Of a stretch of DNA of 64,000 bases, positions 50,618-64,000 are shown in pieces. The position numbers and the translations under genes are program-made. Position 1 is the stretch's first letter. Each line of letters begins with the position of its first letter. Origin of the DNA: Sphyrna mokarran. Its lineage: Eukaryota. The notes beneath the pieces were generated by a model. It was given only the letters and a program-made list of their open reading frames with translations. It was not told the DNA's origin and ran no database searches. Location of the stretch: the NCBI GenBank assembly GCA_024679065.1, contig JAGIQG010000016.1, positions 49,352,001-49,416,000 of the forward strand, read 5' to 3'.

Positions 50618-51481
50618 TGAGACTAGGGTATTCTACCTAACATGCAGCACAATTAGTCTCTGTCATGTACCTCACAAAATCGGCAAGTCTATTTCCACTC
50701 CAGCTCCGAGCATACAAAACAGCTCCTCTAGTTTCTGTGAGTACTTGATGAAAGGTCAGGAAGAGCCCTCAAAGCTGCACATTTCTTTTTAATTTCTTCC
50801 AGGAAATTTCAAATCCCAAGCAGCAATCTCTTTCGGTCAACTAGCGGCAAGCTGGGGAAATGTGTAAATTCTTTCTGTCCTATTTACGGAATGATTGGTT
50901 TCAGCTTTGTCTGAAATTCTATCACATAGCACTTAAGGTCACACGTCCCTTTCCCTGAGGTTTCACATTGAATTCATTCAGGTCACTATTGAAATCAATG
51001 AGAAAGAACAGATTTAACTGCTAAACCTTATTTTTGATTTGTAAGAAATTGTCTCGTTTGCCTTTGGGCATCGAGAAAGATTGGGGATAGCAGTTTGAGA
51101 AAATATTCCAGTACTTTGTTCCTGACTTGGCTAACACACATTTGCAGAGTACACAGTTTCTCAATAAGAGGCATCATGTCTCTTTCAGCAGCTCAGCAAG
51201 CTGCCAATAATTTTGTGCACTGAAGTGGATAAAATTGACAATGTTTACAAGTTCCCTTCCTATCTTTCAATAAATCACCACTGGTAATCTGAGAGCAAAT
51301 GCTCAGTGATGAATTGTGCTGTGAAAGGATCCAGGAACTGTTTTAGTCTTTTGATCTCACTCAGATATTTTAGCATCGAGGTAATGAAGCCAAAGTTTCT
51401 ATCTGTTTGGGCAAATGCACCTCATGTATTGACTGAGACCAGATGGACTAGGCTCAGTTCAAACCTCACAATGACAAATAT

Positions 51482-52290
51482 TGTCACACTATAGAAAGGA
51501 TGTGAATGACTAGAGAGGAGGTTCATCAGATGCCTCGGCTGGAACGTTTCAACTATGAAGAAAAGCTGGATAAGATGGGGATTTTGATTTGATTTGATTT
51601 ATTATCACATGTATTAACATACAGTGAAAAGTATTGTTTCTTGCATTCCATACAGACAAAACATACCGTTCATAGAGAAGGCAACAAGAGAGTGCAGAAT
51701 GTAGCGTCACAGTCATCCTACAGTCATCTTGGAGGGTAGAAAAGGATCAACTCAATGCAAGGGAGGTCTATTCAGAAGTCTGCTGGTAGCAGGGAAGAAG
51801 CTGTTTTTGAGTCGGTTGATACATGTCCTCAGATTTTTGCATCTTTTTCCCGGAGAAAAAGGTAGAAGAGGGAATGTCCAGTTATATGGGGTCCTTGATT
51901 ATTCTGGCTATTTTTCTGAGGCAGCGGGAAGTGTAAACAATATCAATGGATGGAAGGCTGGTTTGAATGATGGACTGGGCTTCATTTACACCCCTTTGTA
52001 GTTTCTTGTGGTCTTGGACAGAGTAGGAACCATACCAAGATGGGATACAACCAGAAAGAATGCTTTCTATGGTGCATCTGTATAAGTTGTTGTCCTCCTT
52101 CGAGCAGAGAGGCTAAGAGAGAACCTGATTGATGCATGTAAAATTATAAAGGACATAGATAGGGTAGATGGGAAGAAACTTTTCCCCTTTGTAGAGGGAT
52201 CAATAACCCCACTCCCAAGAAAGGTGTTTGATGGCCAGCACAGATGTGATGGATCTAAAGAAATATTTTCTGTGCTATATAACTCTAGTC
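51482..52290 (+). mobile_element. CR1 3' fragment split by a Rex1/Babar insertion
   Basis: cactatagaaaggatgtg...aactatgaagaaaagctggataag before, and gagcagagaggctaagagagaacctgattga after. Confidence 0.75.
51582..52086 (-). mobile_element. Rex1/Babar LINE 3' end
   Basis: Clearly homologous to 37970-38450; (gattt)n tail on plus; IESILSGCIPSWYGS on minus. Confidence 0.9.
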
Positions 52291-52794
52291 ATATGCCACA
52301 ATCAATATTTTAGAACCGTGTGTGAAGATTTTCCACATCTTACCAAACTGGCAACAGCTCTTCTCCCAGTTCAGAATTTAGGTTAACTAATGAGATCCAG
52401 GACATTAACTGACCACAGTACATGTAAAAATGCAAGGATATTTTTCAGTTCAGCTCTAAGGTGAGATTTGATGCGATCAGCTGCATCCTGCAATTGACAA
52501 CAAGCAACAATCCGTCTCAGAGCTCAAGAGCCGCTCCAATATTTTCTCCAGAATACAGTTTCTGATTTTTGGAATGTATTTCTCTAGTGTACTGTCCATG
52601 ACTGTCACCACAAACCCTTTCATCATCTCTGCATCAGAAAACATACCAAAATCCAAGAGGCTTTGTAACTTGTCTGAGTGTCATGTTGTAAAGGCAAAAG
52701 TAACTCTGCCAGAATTGCTTTCTGCTAATTGAAAGCTGCTTCCAGTCAGAAACTTCCAACCACAACTTTTTTTAAGGAACAACTAGAAATTATA

Positions 52795-53945
52795 GGGGCA
52801 ATGTTCCGGCCTCAACGCGACTGGCACAGATAACACCAATGCCGGCAAGTAGCATACTGGCCTAAAAACAGGTTTCTTGTCTGACACTAAATGATTTGCA
52901 GTCATCCCAGTTGTTTTCTGTTGGTGCAAACCAGATCTTGCCCAGAAAGAGCATAAGGCCAATTAGCACAAAGTAACATTTAAATATGCTTAGTATGTTC
53001 GACACCCTTTTCGTTCAGCTCCCGAGATCTTCCGACCCTGAGGCGCTGTGAGAACCCAGCGAGTCTCCAGTAGTGGAGACCAGGTGTGATGGCCATGCTG
53101 AAGGCCCAAAGGTCATTGAAGCCCCCCGGTGGTCAGGGACATGACTGGGCATTGTCCATCTGGCAGCACACATCAGATATGGCCAAAGGAGCAGAGCCTA
53201 AGCCAGGATCATGATGGCAGGCTGTGATAGGAGGGCTATAACAGGGGGAGTGGGGGGGGGGGGGGAAGGAGCTATGACAGGGCTCATGAAGGGGTGCCAT
53301 GAGGGGGGACCATGAAGGCGTGGGACATGAAGGAGTGGGACATGAAGGGATGCATGGTGAAGGCCATGAAGGGAGAGTCATGTCAGGGGCCATGAAGAGG
53401 GGGGGGCATGTCATGGGTCATGAGGGGGGGCAAGTTGGAGGTCATGAAGGAGGACCCATTTGGAGGGCCCCAATGATCCAATATCAGCAATCCGTGTTGG
53501 GGAAAAGTTGGGGAAACATAGAACACTACAGCACAAACAGGCTCTTTAGCTCACAAGTTGCACTGATCATATGCCTACCTACCAGGCCTATCTATAACCC
53601 TCAAATCAAATTAAATCCCATGTACTCATCCAGAAGTCTCTTAAAAGACCCCAACATGTTCGCCTTCACCACTACTGACGGCAGCCGATTCCACTCACCC
53701 GAAGAGGCAGAGGGTCCTGATTTCCAGGGGAAGAGGAAGAGGATCTCCCAGGGTGAGAGAGATTGGGGTGCCCATTCAAAATGGCACCTAATCACTTTGC
53801 AGCTGGGCTCACTGTGTTTCAGTACCCCCCCTCCTTCCTCACACAGAAGTGGTGTGTGAAATGATTGCAATCTGCTCTGGTCTGGTCCGCACCATCACTT
53901 TAGTTTTCTCGCTGTTATGACAGCCATTTTTGGGAAAATCACAGC
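52795..53945. mobile_element. Non-autonomous Harbinger-like DNA element with G-rich minisatellite and nested CR1 3' end (53515-53700, minus)
   Basis: Starts aggggcaatgttccggcc and ends tttgggaaaatcacagcc; gaacatagaacactacagc CR1 tail inside. Confidence 0.55.
53275..53450. repeat. Imperfect ~15-bp tandem repeat (catgaaggNgtggga)
   Basis: catgaaggcgtggga catgaaggagtggga catgaagggatg... Confidence 0.75.
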
Positions 53946-54342
53946 CTATATGTTTAAATTAGAATGCTTGTATTTGTAATATTTCTTTAAATTATCTACC
54001 TTACCCTCAGCAAATAACTTTTGCGGAAAAGGTAAACTAACTTGTTTTCACTTTTCACTATAATAAACTGATTATCCTATTCTTCATTCAGTTTTGACGG
54101 TATTCAGTCAGTTTTCCAAAAGAATAGTTTCACAGGACCAGCTGCTGTTTCCTGTTTTCTTCCATTTGCAAATCTATTCAATCATTTTCCTTCCATGAAA
54201 GTTGTCAGCTCCCTATTCACAGCGTGTTGGGATATTGTTTTCCCTTTGCCATGATTTGCCTGTTATTATCTGGGCTTGTTTTCTAATGCTGGCCTGGGGA
54301 AGTGGTTGAGTGACCCTAATGACAGCTTCTCTCTTTTTATGA

Positions 54343-54670
54343 TCATAGAACCATCAAATCCCTACCGTGCAGAAAGGGACTATTCAGTCCATCAAGACTG
54401 CACCACTAACAATCCCACCCAGGCCCTATCCATGTAAATCTCACATATTTTATCCTGCTAATCCCCCTGACATTAAAAGGGCAATTTACCATGGCCAATC
54501 AATCTAACCTGCACATCTTTAGACTGTGGGAAGAAACTGGAGCACCCGGAGGAAACCCATAAAGACATCGGAGAATGTGCAAACTCCTCACAGATAGTGA
54601 CCTGAGGCCAGAATTGAAGCCGGTTCCTTGGCGCTGAGTGGCAGCAGTGCTAAACATTGTGCCACCGTGT
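54343..54670 (-). mobile_element. V-SINE, tail type A
   Basis: tcatagaaccatcaaatcccta...ggagcacccggaggaaaccca...gcagcagtgctaaacattgtgccaccgtg. Confidence 0.9.
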
Positions 54671-55195
54671 CGTCCGGTTATCGCTGATCGCTGGTACTAG
54701 TGTTTCTACCAATGTTACAAACATTTCCCCCTCTAGCCAATAAGTAGTAACCATGAAAATAAAACACGCAAAGTGGTCAAAAAGCATTCTTATTTAGCCT
54801 TGTCATCTTACCAACAAACACACAAAAAAGATTAAAGTGCACACACATGGGATAAATGTTCTTATTGTGGAGCTGGTAGGTTGTGCAGTGGTCTTCTCGG
54901 ATGTTTGAAGTGAAACTCTCCCATTTTGCTCAGAGGCCCTAAACAAACCTTCCTGTAGCTGGGATCACTCACCAGGTGCAGGCCACAGTTGTGACCAACC
55001 TCCTTACGCAGGGATTCAAGATAACAGCTCTCCAGAGGAAGCTACATCAAAGAGGACAGAGTCAGCAGGCTGCCTCCACCTCTGCTGTGGATGTTGAGAT
55101 GTTGAGGATGCACTAAGACCTAGCAGTGGGGTAAGGATGCTCAGACAATGTTGTTGCACATAATGGACATGGCTATTAATCATTTATATACATGC

Positions 55196-55348
55196 AACGG
55201 GATTTTATGGCCTCAATTATCCTGAAAGCACAAAATCCCACCTGAGATCAATGGACCTTCCCATTTTCTGTTCCTCCCACCCCCCCACCCGTCACCGCTG
55301 CCCCACACGCTCCGACTCCCGTGGTGAGCAGGATGGTAAAATTCTGGT
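55196..55348. mobile_element. ~130-150-bp MITE (reverse orientation)
   Basis: cgggattttatggcctc...aaaatcccacctgagatcaatggacc...ggtaaaattctgg. Confidence 0.7.
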
Positions 55349-56012
55349 CAATGTTCACCTCTGCAAATAACCTCCTCTAATCTCACCCTTTCTTTGGCTC
55401 CTTGTTATGATGAACTGCATTCCTGTCAGTTTGAAGTAAAAACTTAGTTTCTGCACAAGAAAAGGGCAGGGCTCTCAGTCCAGGGCTTTCTCCCTGTGCT
55501 CTGTTCAACCTTCCGGCACATTGATGGCACAGCTTCACCATGACTAATCACATCAGTAATGTCTGTATCTCAGTGGGATTATAATGTCTGTCAGAATGTA
55601 TTTCGTTGGCATTTCACAGTTTAGTCATTTTCCCTGTCAGCTTTCTGCACTTTGAAGGTGCATTTGACCACCCAGCCCATTAGTTTCTGCCTCCAGGGAC
55701 ACTGTGATCTTTAAGGGTTCAACTCACGAAGGATGCATAAGATCAGGAGAAATTAAACTTTCCTCATTGCATTGCCATAGTATGATGATGGTCATTAAGA
55801 GCAAGCAAGCTGCACATGGTGGCATAAAAGACAGGAGACAGACATTGACAGAAGCTCTGGGAGGATCTATGAACTGTTCCCATTGCAAGTTACTACCACC
55901 CTCCTGGATCATGTACCCCCACTATGTCTCCATGACAGGAGCCCTATCACAGAGAATGTGTGCTCTGCCAACAGTCAGATGCTCGTAGATACCATGTGAA
56001 GATTACAGGGTG

Positions 56013-56960
56013 TCATAACTGGATGTCCTCATCATCTTCCATGAATTTACTGGCAGTGAACGTGTCCTGAGCTGGTCTGCATTGTCTGCATGTTGTCATT
56101 GCCTCATGACCACTATCCTCACCCTCATCTCCCCCTTGCGGAGGAGTTCTGATGCTCCTCCATCTCTTCCTTAGTCAGTTCTTCACTCTGTTGCAGCACC
56201 AGATTGCACAAGGTGCATCAGGTGATGACAATGAATAACATTCTCTGTAGATTGCATTATAGAGCAATCCAGGTACAAGAACCTTAACTTCAGCATCCCT
56301 ATGGTGTGAATCATGAGCCTCATTGCATCTTGTCTCTGCGGTTAGCCCTTTCTCCTCAGGAACTAACCCTGTAGCCTCTCAGGATGTAAGAATCATGCAT
56401 AGTCACAGGGAATCGAGCATACACCTATAGGATGCATTTGGTGCCATGGCAGATCAGCTGAACATTCAGTGAGTGGAAGCCCCTGCGGTTCACATAGTTG
56501 GCAGCTTGATACCACAGTGCCAAGAAGGGGGCTGTCGATGGCATCCTTCACCTGTGGAATACCAGAGATATCACAAATCCCGTTGCTATCAGCTTCCAAG
56601 CTTGCCTGCTGCCAATCGAAGTTCACAAAGCTGTGAGCCCTCGTGAAAATTGCGAATGTGACTTCATGGATGCACCTGTGTGTGGAGGCTTATGAAATCC
56701 TGCAGAGGTTACCTGTGGAGCCCTGGAAGGATCCACTGGCATAATAACTAAGCACTGCTGGCACTTTCAGCAACACTGACAGTGGATAGCCTCCAAGTCC
56801 CCATGGCATCAAATCCTGCAGCAGATGGCAGATGTGAACAACCAGTTCCCTGGAAATACATAGTCTTCAATGACACTATTTCTCAGAAATGTACAGGTAT
56901 GTCAGGTGCTATCTGTAGATCCTGAGTCTAGCGATTAGATTATAAGTGACAGCTATCTGA
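56013..56960 (-). pseudogene. Fossil PIF/Harbinger (HARBI1-like DDE_Tnp_4) transposase
   Basis: RLCISRELVVHICHLLQDL, KVPAVLSYYASGSFQGSTGNLCRIS*ASTHRCIHEVT, ISGIPQVKDAID, YVNRRGFHSLNVQLIC, VYARFPVTMHDSYILR, ETRCNEAH, TIGMLKLRF, CTLCNL; several stops, frameshifts and deletions. Confidence 0.9.
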
Positions 56961-58031
56961 GGTTTACATTCTGTGTGCAGAGCAGGCCCTACCACACTTT
57001 CCTCTTCATGGTTCTGCTCCTGCCTTTGGCAAACCAGGTGCTGTCACTGACAGCTTTCTCTTTGCTCCTGCCTGTGAGTGGGAAGAATGGCAATGAGCTC
57101 ACCAAGTTCCATGCTCCTGGTAGTTTCCTCACCGCAGTATCAAAGACAGAGACTCGGTGGTTAGCCCATGTCTGATAAGGACCAATTGTTGTCCACCCAT
57201 CATCTGCAGCTGCCTCTCAAAGCCCATTGACTCATACCATGGTCACAACATTGATGCTGATCATAGTTCACAAGCTGACTGGGTAAGACCCCGCAACACC
57301 CCACCCCACACTACATGACCAAGTGGCAATAACTTTGGCCATTGACTACCTCCTGAGCTCTTAGATGCAGGCATTGTCACTTCAAGGACCCTGCATTCAG
57401 TTTAGCTTATGGAGGCCCCTTGTCAATAGACATTTCAGCAGAGAGCCGTGGATTAGGAGCACTATCTTCAGATAGGGTGCCGTAACCTCTCTAGAGGGGA
57501 TATAGTTTCCTGCCCAGTTGGGCAAGGTACAGCAGCGCCTTCGCAGCCATTATATTTGGAACCGTGTAGCAAGCTGAGCAGCAGTCATTGGCATTCTCAC
57601 ACATAGGAGATCCTTGAATGGGCACAATTGAGTAATGAGTCTGACTCCAAGCATGTCAATTAAGTTCAGGCTAAATGATCTCAGCTACAACAGGATGCTC
57701 TGATCATTGATACGTTTTTTCCATTAGCCTTGACCTTGCCTACATCCGTTCTCTATAAACCCCCCTACCACTCCCTGTGATTGTGTAGAACATTCCGTGT
57801 GTGCTGACACCTTCCACAGCTCCCACCCTCACCTCCCCCTCCACCGCCACCAGCCCCACCCCCCCCGCAACCACAAAGAAGTTTATGCCCCATGTCTTCC
57901 TTCCATCTCTCCAGCACTTCAAAGACGTCATGGTCACACACCAGAAGGAAGTCTCAAATATGCTGCTTTTCAGACTTGCCTATGACTACCCTCTCTTCTC
58001 TCCCTTTCCCCCTCTGCCCTGAGCTCTATCG

Positions 58032-58872
58032 TGTTATGGTTCAGGTCAGAAACTCCAAAGTGTTTTACGGAGCCCGCCTGGATCATAGGTTTTACATCTT
58101 AAATCTGGCTCAGATAAGCATGATATGTTTCACCTCAGGTTTGATTCAAATGACACACTAGGGAGTTTTTATCAAACAAAGTTTATTTAAGAATATAGCT
58201 AACATGCATGGAAAGAAAGCCAGCAATGATTTTATCAGTTACAAATAAAACACCCACAATAATGTATATCTCTTAACAAATATCTCTAAGGTATTCTAAA
58301 CAAAACTAAGTTTCCTTTAGACAAAATCCTGAAACAGGTTCAACACAGCAAAATCTAATGCTCATGTGATACTGGAAATTGGGTCCTTTGGTTAGAGATT
58401 GAAAACTCTCATTCTTGATACACTCAGAACAGGTTGAAGTCAGTACAGTTTCCCAGAACATCAGGGATTTTAGGCAAACTAGTAACAGCAGATTCTTTGC
58501 TTCAGAAAGGCAAAAACTTTGCTTTAAGATCACCAGCAGAATTTCCAAATAAACAGCGGGACAGAGACTTCTGTTCAGCTTGCGATCCCTGTGAAAACCC
58601 CAAAGCACCTCAGAACTGAAAATGAAACCTTCAACTTACTGGGGAAAAAAACCTGTTCAAAAACACATGACCATCCTCCTAACAATGCATGATCACAAAA
58701 CTAATCTCAGAGGAAACACAAATAACCCTATTCAAACCACTTAAGTAGCAATAAAAGAATTCATTGTAGTCAGCCTGGCAACATAATGACATCAGCTAAG
58801 GCTGTGAGCTGCATTCACTGCAGAGATCAAGATTTAAAAAAAAACATCTCTTAAAGGTACACTAACATCACA
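58032..58872 (-). mobile_element. Probable solo LTR (~840 bp)
   Basis: Termini TGTTATG...CATCACA; AATAAA on minus near 58182; no clean TSD. Confidence 0.6.
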
Positions 58873-59896
58873 GTGGGTACTGTGCCAGCTCCCAAAATTC
58901 TGCTTGGCATTCCTTTTGAGACCAGCCGAGCATTGCACCATTCCGACATCACATCACCATGGACACTTTCATTTACATGGGATTATGATTCCGGCACGTG
59001 ATCAATAATGATATGCTAATATTATAATAAGGTTCCCGATGTAGAATGGCGAAAATGCAGCCCAACAAACCGTTTGGGTTTGATTCCACTTGGCACCAGG
59101 CAAATTCAGTGTGGTGTGAAACCTGGTTTCCAAAGCCTCAGGTGTCATTTGGACCCACTGAAATTCATTGTAAGCTTACCCACGTTTTATAAATTCACTT
59201 GACCTTAATTCCGTTGGTTAACAAAGACTCTGCCTTCACATCTTTGGGCCCAAACTCTGCTCATGTGTATCCAAGCATACACAGAGCTGTCTCCTAAACA
59301 GGTCTTAGAACTCCAGTCAAGCAATAAACATCCTTTCTCCCTGGCTGTAAGCCAGACTTCAGCTACTGCTTCCAGACTAGTTGCTGAATTGAGAATACAA
59401 AATGAAAAGGGACCACTCGTATCCCCCTACCCCAACTAAGAAATAGCTGATGGTACAGATTCAGTTTACAAATATGCTGTAAACTGAAGACATCTTAAGT
59501 ATTTTTATATTTAATAAAATGCTGAGCAATGAAACATGTGACCAAAATATAACGTTGTTTTGCCATTCTCATTGTCAATTAAGCTGCTCTTTCATTATAT
59601 TCTTTAGTCATCTTAAGGTGAAGCTAACTTAATGCAGATGGTATGCATCATTCTGAAGCCGGCACAGATATTGTAGATATCACTCGTTACGAACCTGCCT
59701 GATCACCTTGAGGAAACCATCCTACACAATGCAAGCATATCACGCATCAACTTTCAGATCAAGGTTTCTTTAGATTTTAATTGCGTACATTTTCTTTACA
59801 GAAAAATTGGGCTGTTCCCAGAGGTTTAGGTTAAGCACTTCAAATTAATGTCATTCTAATTAGCCCAAACAATTAGATTTTGAACAAAGACATGCT

Positions 59897-60027
59897 CTGG
59901 AATTCCTGCCAGCCATGGAATTGGAGCGAAGTGGTGGGGGGAGGAATGGTGCAGACAAAGGAAACCTCCGTTGACATTGGGCAGGAATTTCCAGTCTCGA
60001 TTAAGTGTGGCCATAAAATCCCATTCA
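59897..60027. mobile_element. ~130-bp MITE
   Basis: ctggaattcctgcc...cgttgacattgggcaggaatttccagtctcg...ggccataaaatccc. Confidence 0.7.
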
Positions 60028-61156
60028 CGTTTAATGTTCCTTTAGCTGAACTGGTGCTGCATTTTGCAAGACATTGGTCAACATTTTGGACCAATTGATC
60101 AAATTCTTACCAAAACATGGCAGAGAACTGGATCCAGTATGAGAAACAGTATGTTTTTGAGCCGAATTTCATCTGAGTATTAATTTCTATTCCCATGAGT
60201 TTAATGCCACTCCAGCAGTACATTCCCTCTGGTTTTCTCGCCATATAATAATTGTTGCAGGTACTGGGGAACTCCAATATAAACGGCTCCTCAACACTTG
60301 TTCCACAACTACTGCAGAGGATGTCAGCCAAAGTCATCTCAGGTAAAAGGGTGTGATAGTCAGCAGGCTACCTCAACTCAGCACCTAGATCAGTAAGAAG
60401 GTGAGGAAGATTAAGAAGCTATAGGCACACAGTAGGCACGGGTGAATATAGGTACTATTGTAAGTCACTATTTGGTTCTGAATATTTGTCAATAAATTTC
60501 ACTTTGTTTACCCTCAGAGCATCCACTCTATTTGTTCATGCCACCAATCTTGGGGGAACTACTGTGCCCATCCAGTGCCTCATCTGTGAAGTGTGAGAAT
60601 GGCAGTGCTCCATCGCTCCCACTAAGGAAGGACACTTCCTCAACTGCGATATGCTTAGGAACTCAGGAAGGATGATATGAGAAGCGTTGCCTACATACTG
60701 GCTTTCACAACTCCTTTAAAGCAAGCGGGGCTCTGACATGAATGGGAGGTAAAGCCTGCAAATGACCGCTGCTGAACCTTCTCCGCAAAAAGACAATTTG
60801 GGGACTCCCACCCCTGAATTGAACATATTCATGTCCCACGAGTCCTCTCTGGGGACCCCTGAGCAAGGCACTCCACGGAGGGTGATGGTTGCCTTAGCGC
60901 TCATTTCCGAAACTCCACCCTGGAGGGTGAAGGACGAGGTTTATGCTTATGTAAACTTGTTGTAAATGTCACCAATATGACATCTCAGTGGCGCCAGCTG
61001 AACATTCTATTCAGGCTCAATATCCAGAGGGAGTGTTCGCTAATGACTTGTTAATGTATTAAGATAAGCTTTCTGAGGTCCTGTGGTGTGTTTCAGGTCA
61101 CTCCACCAGCAAGGAACCGGGAAGATTGGAACTCAGAAACTTAACAACATGAAAAT

Positions 61157-61467
61157 GGGTGGTACGGTGGCACAGTGGTTAGCACTGCTGCCTCACAGTG
61201 CTAGGAACCCAGGTTCAATTCTGGCCTCGGATGACTGTCTTTGTGGAGTTGCACTTTCTCCCCATGCCTATGTGGGGTTTCCTCCCACAATCCAAGGATG
61301 TATAGGTTAGGTGGAATGGCTACGCTAAACTGGCTGTAGTGGAAGGGGGAATTAGCAAGGTAAATGTGTGGAGTTACAGGGTGGGTCTTGGGTAGGATTG
61401 TGGTCAATAGAGACTCGATGGCCAAATGGCCACATTCTGTACTGCAGAGGTTCTGTAATTCTATGAA
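61157..61467 (+). mobile_element. V-SINE, tail type A
   Basis: gggtggtacggtggcacagtggttagcactgctgcctcacag head; tail gactcgatggccaaatggcc...ttctatga. Confidence 0.9.
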
Positions 61468-62559
61468 TCATGCCCTCTATATTTTGAGTGCGCACCGCGA
61501 TTCCTGCAGACAGAGAATATGGGCCTCAAAATCGTCCCCATTTAAATTAATAGTTGGCACAGAATGGAGAGAGGTGATAGGACAGAGTTGCAAATGGAAG
61601 TATGAATCATAGTTAAATCTGTAATAATTCCTATAATAAAGCTATAGAAATGGTATACTGCCTCCCCATTGAATTGTGACGTTTGATGGCCACTGTAAAT
61701 GCAAAAATTTGCTATAAAATTTAAGCATACAAATTTGGAACTTCTTTTGAATCTTAAGCAACTATAGAAGTCCCATAGTGAAGTAATTCCTCTTCTGCAT
61801 TATTCAGTTTTGTTAATACCAGCAGGAGCTTTCGTTGCCCTTAGTCAGTCAAGGGTCTGGAGTATCATTGTCAAGTTTAGTTGCTAACTTTGGGAATCTC
61901 ATTAAAACCACTGGTCAGATACTCTATGCAAGAAATCTGTCTTAGTCAGTAGATCCTGGGATCAAATGGAGGTTTGAAGTTTATCTAGTTTCAAGATTTT
62001 CTTCATAGGAGATTCTAGGCTGCCTCAAGGTCAGAAAAAATAGTAAAAAATGGATTCCTTTCTCCTAAGACTAATTGCAATTTGCTGGTGTTTATTATAG
62101 AATGTGAAATGTGTCAGTGGGACAGAAAGTCTTCAGTCTGTCCGGCTTCCATACTTCTTTCTGTGAGACCTCTATTGAAGTGACATATTTAAAAAACTAA
62201 CCTTTTTGTTGAAGCGCAATACAATGTAGATAAAGCAAATGGTTTGATAAGAGCTCCAGCAATGTGAAATAGCTACAGTACATCCCATTTACAGCTTTCA
62301 ATATGATTCTACAGCACATCCCAACCTTGCAGACTTTACCGTCAAGAAGGATAACAGCAGTAATACCACAAGTAGGTCAATATGTCCAAGTTCCCCTCAA
62401 GGTTAAACAACATCCTGAACTTATCACCTCTGGATCAATGTTCTGGGATTTCCTATGTGACATATCACAGCGACAGGGATTATAGTGATTCAAGAAGACA
62501 TCCAATGCTATCTTCTCAGCAAAACCAGGAACAGGCAATAAATTTAGCTATGTATGTTG

Positions 62560-63200
62560 AACATAAGAACATAAGAAATAGGAGCAAGAGTAGGCCATCT
62601 AGCCCTTTGAGCCTGCCCTGCCATTCAATAAGATCATGGCTGATTGAAGTGAATCAGTTCCACTTTCCCACTTTTTCCCTATAACCCTTAATTCTCTTGT
62701 CTGTCAGAAACCTATCTACCCGTGACTTAAATATATTCAGTGAGATAGCTTTTACTATTTCAATGGGCAGAGAATTCCAGAGACTCACCACCCTTTGAGC
62801 GAAGAAGTTTCTCCTCAACTCCGATCTAAACTGCCCCCCACCCCTTCCTTACTTGGAGGCTGTGCCCTCTAGTTCTGCAATACTTTCTAAGCAGGAAGAA
62901 TCTCTCTACCTCTGCTATATCTATCCCCTTCATCATCCTATATGTCTAAGATCCCCCCTCAGCCTTCTAAACTCCAACGAGTATGGACCCAGTCTATTCA
63001 ATTTCTCCCCACAGGCTAATCCCCTCATCTCTGGTATCAGCCTAGTGAACCTTTTCTGCACTCCCTCCAAGGCCAATATATTCTTTCGCAATTGCGGCAA
63101 CCAAACTGCACACAATACTCCAGTTGCAGCCTCACCAGTGCCCTGTACAGTTGCAGCAAGACCTCCTTGCTTTATATTCTATCCCCCTTGCTATAAACAT
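62560..63200 (-). mobile_element. CR1 3' end (~640 bp)
   Basis: (aacataag)n tail; WLPQLRKNILALEGVQKRFTRLIPEMRGL...LGPYSLEFRRLRGDL. Confidence 0.92.
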
Positions 63201-63662
63201 TCCATTCGCCATGAAAGTAGAGACAAAATCAGTACTCATTGCAGAAGTCAACAGCCAATCTACTATTCCCTGCAACAAAGAAACGGTCCACCATCCAGCC
63301 CAGCTCTGCCCTTAGACCGTGACCCCTTATCTTTCTGAGGCATGATTTTGAAATCTTAAACATATATTTGTATATTTAAAGATTGACTCCATTTGCAGCT
63401 GTCCTTGCTGATCACTCAGAAGAGATTATAATTGAAGATGTTAGGTGGTTACAAGATATTACTAGGTAAGTCACAGTCAAGTTCAAGTGTCCATCCTTGG
63501 TTTTGGCTGGACAAGTATGTTTAAAACATACTTTTAATGCAACAAACTTTTAGGTATCAATGGGGCACATTTAATTTAATCTGACTTTCTTTGCAAATGT
63601 CCACTTTAGACATGACCTGAATGTTCAACTTATCTTGAAGGTTATGCAAGAGTGCCTCAGAG

Positions 63663-64000
63663 ACATAGAATCAGAGAATCTGCACAGTGCAGAAGGGGCC
63701 ATTTGGCCAATCAGGTCTACACTGACCCTCTGACTGAGTATCTTAAGCAGGGTCTCTCCCCCACACTGTCCCGGCAACTCCAAAAATTTAACGTGGTTAG
63801 TCCATCTGAAATATACATCTTAGGACATTAAGGCCAATTTAGCATAGCCAATTCAGCTAAGCAGTACAACATTGCACTGTGCAAAGAAACCAGAGCACCC
63901 AGAGGAAACCCACACAAACACGGAGAGAACATACAACTCTACACAATCACCCAAGGCCGGAATTGAACCAGAGAACCAATGCTAACCATTGCACCACCAT
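63663..64000 (-). mobile_element. V-SINE, tail type A, running to window edge
   Basis: gaaaccagagcacccagaggaaacccacac...gctaaccattgcaccaccat. Confidence 0.85.

Noticed and set aside
53299-53859. 186-aa His/Gly-rich ORF (EGVGH repeats)
   Set aside because: Produced by a G-rich minisatellite in a DNA-transposon relic plus an antisense CR1 tail; no splice or homology support.
60110-60342. Splice-like signals on both strands (minus donor gtaaga near 60110; plus ttgcag...gtaaaa)
   Set aside because: No translation resembles NKAIN exon 1 (MGCC.GRC.L) or any protein I recognise, and pyrimidine tracts are weak.

Overview
AT-rich, CpG-depleted vertebrate DNA, almost certainly from a shark or ray, judged by its V-SINE/HE1-like, SacSINE1-like, CR1/HER1-like and Penelope repeat content. 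The window appears to lie inside one large minus-strand gene, an NKAIN-family Na+/K+-ATPase-interacting protein best matching NKAIN3. Two coding exons are readable by eye and are not translated in the correct frame by the ORF track: exon 2 (30076-30213, 138 bp) and exon 3 (12861-12941, 81 bp). Exons 1 and 4 were not found. The rest is intron filled with mostly decayed transposons: CR1 LINEs (one young, near-intact 5'-truncated copy at 46087-48345), Penelope-like elements with hammerhead-like motifs, Rex1/Babar and Tx1 3' ends, an RTE LINE, Gypsy gag and solo LTRs, PIF/Harbinger transposase and Myb/SANT fossils with MITEs, and about 20 SINEs. I found no convincing new protein-coding system. The best leads are (1) an RTE LINE with twin-priming-like 5' inversion geometry, (2) a 236-bp non-coding palindromic Penelope mini-element with two opposed hammerhead cores and a 12-bp TSD, (3) V-SINEs with two different tails, one resembling the Rex1/Babar 3' end, (4) a Tx1 insertion inside a solo LTR, and (5) a recurrent ~130-bp MITE with three copies of its terminal motif. 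Family names come from recalled consensus motifs, not database searches. Boundaries of old repeats are approximate.
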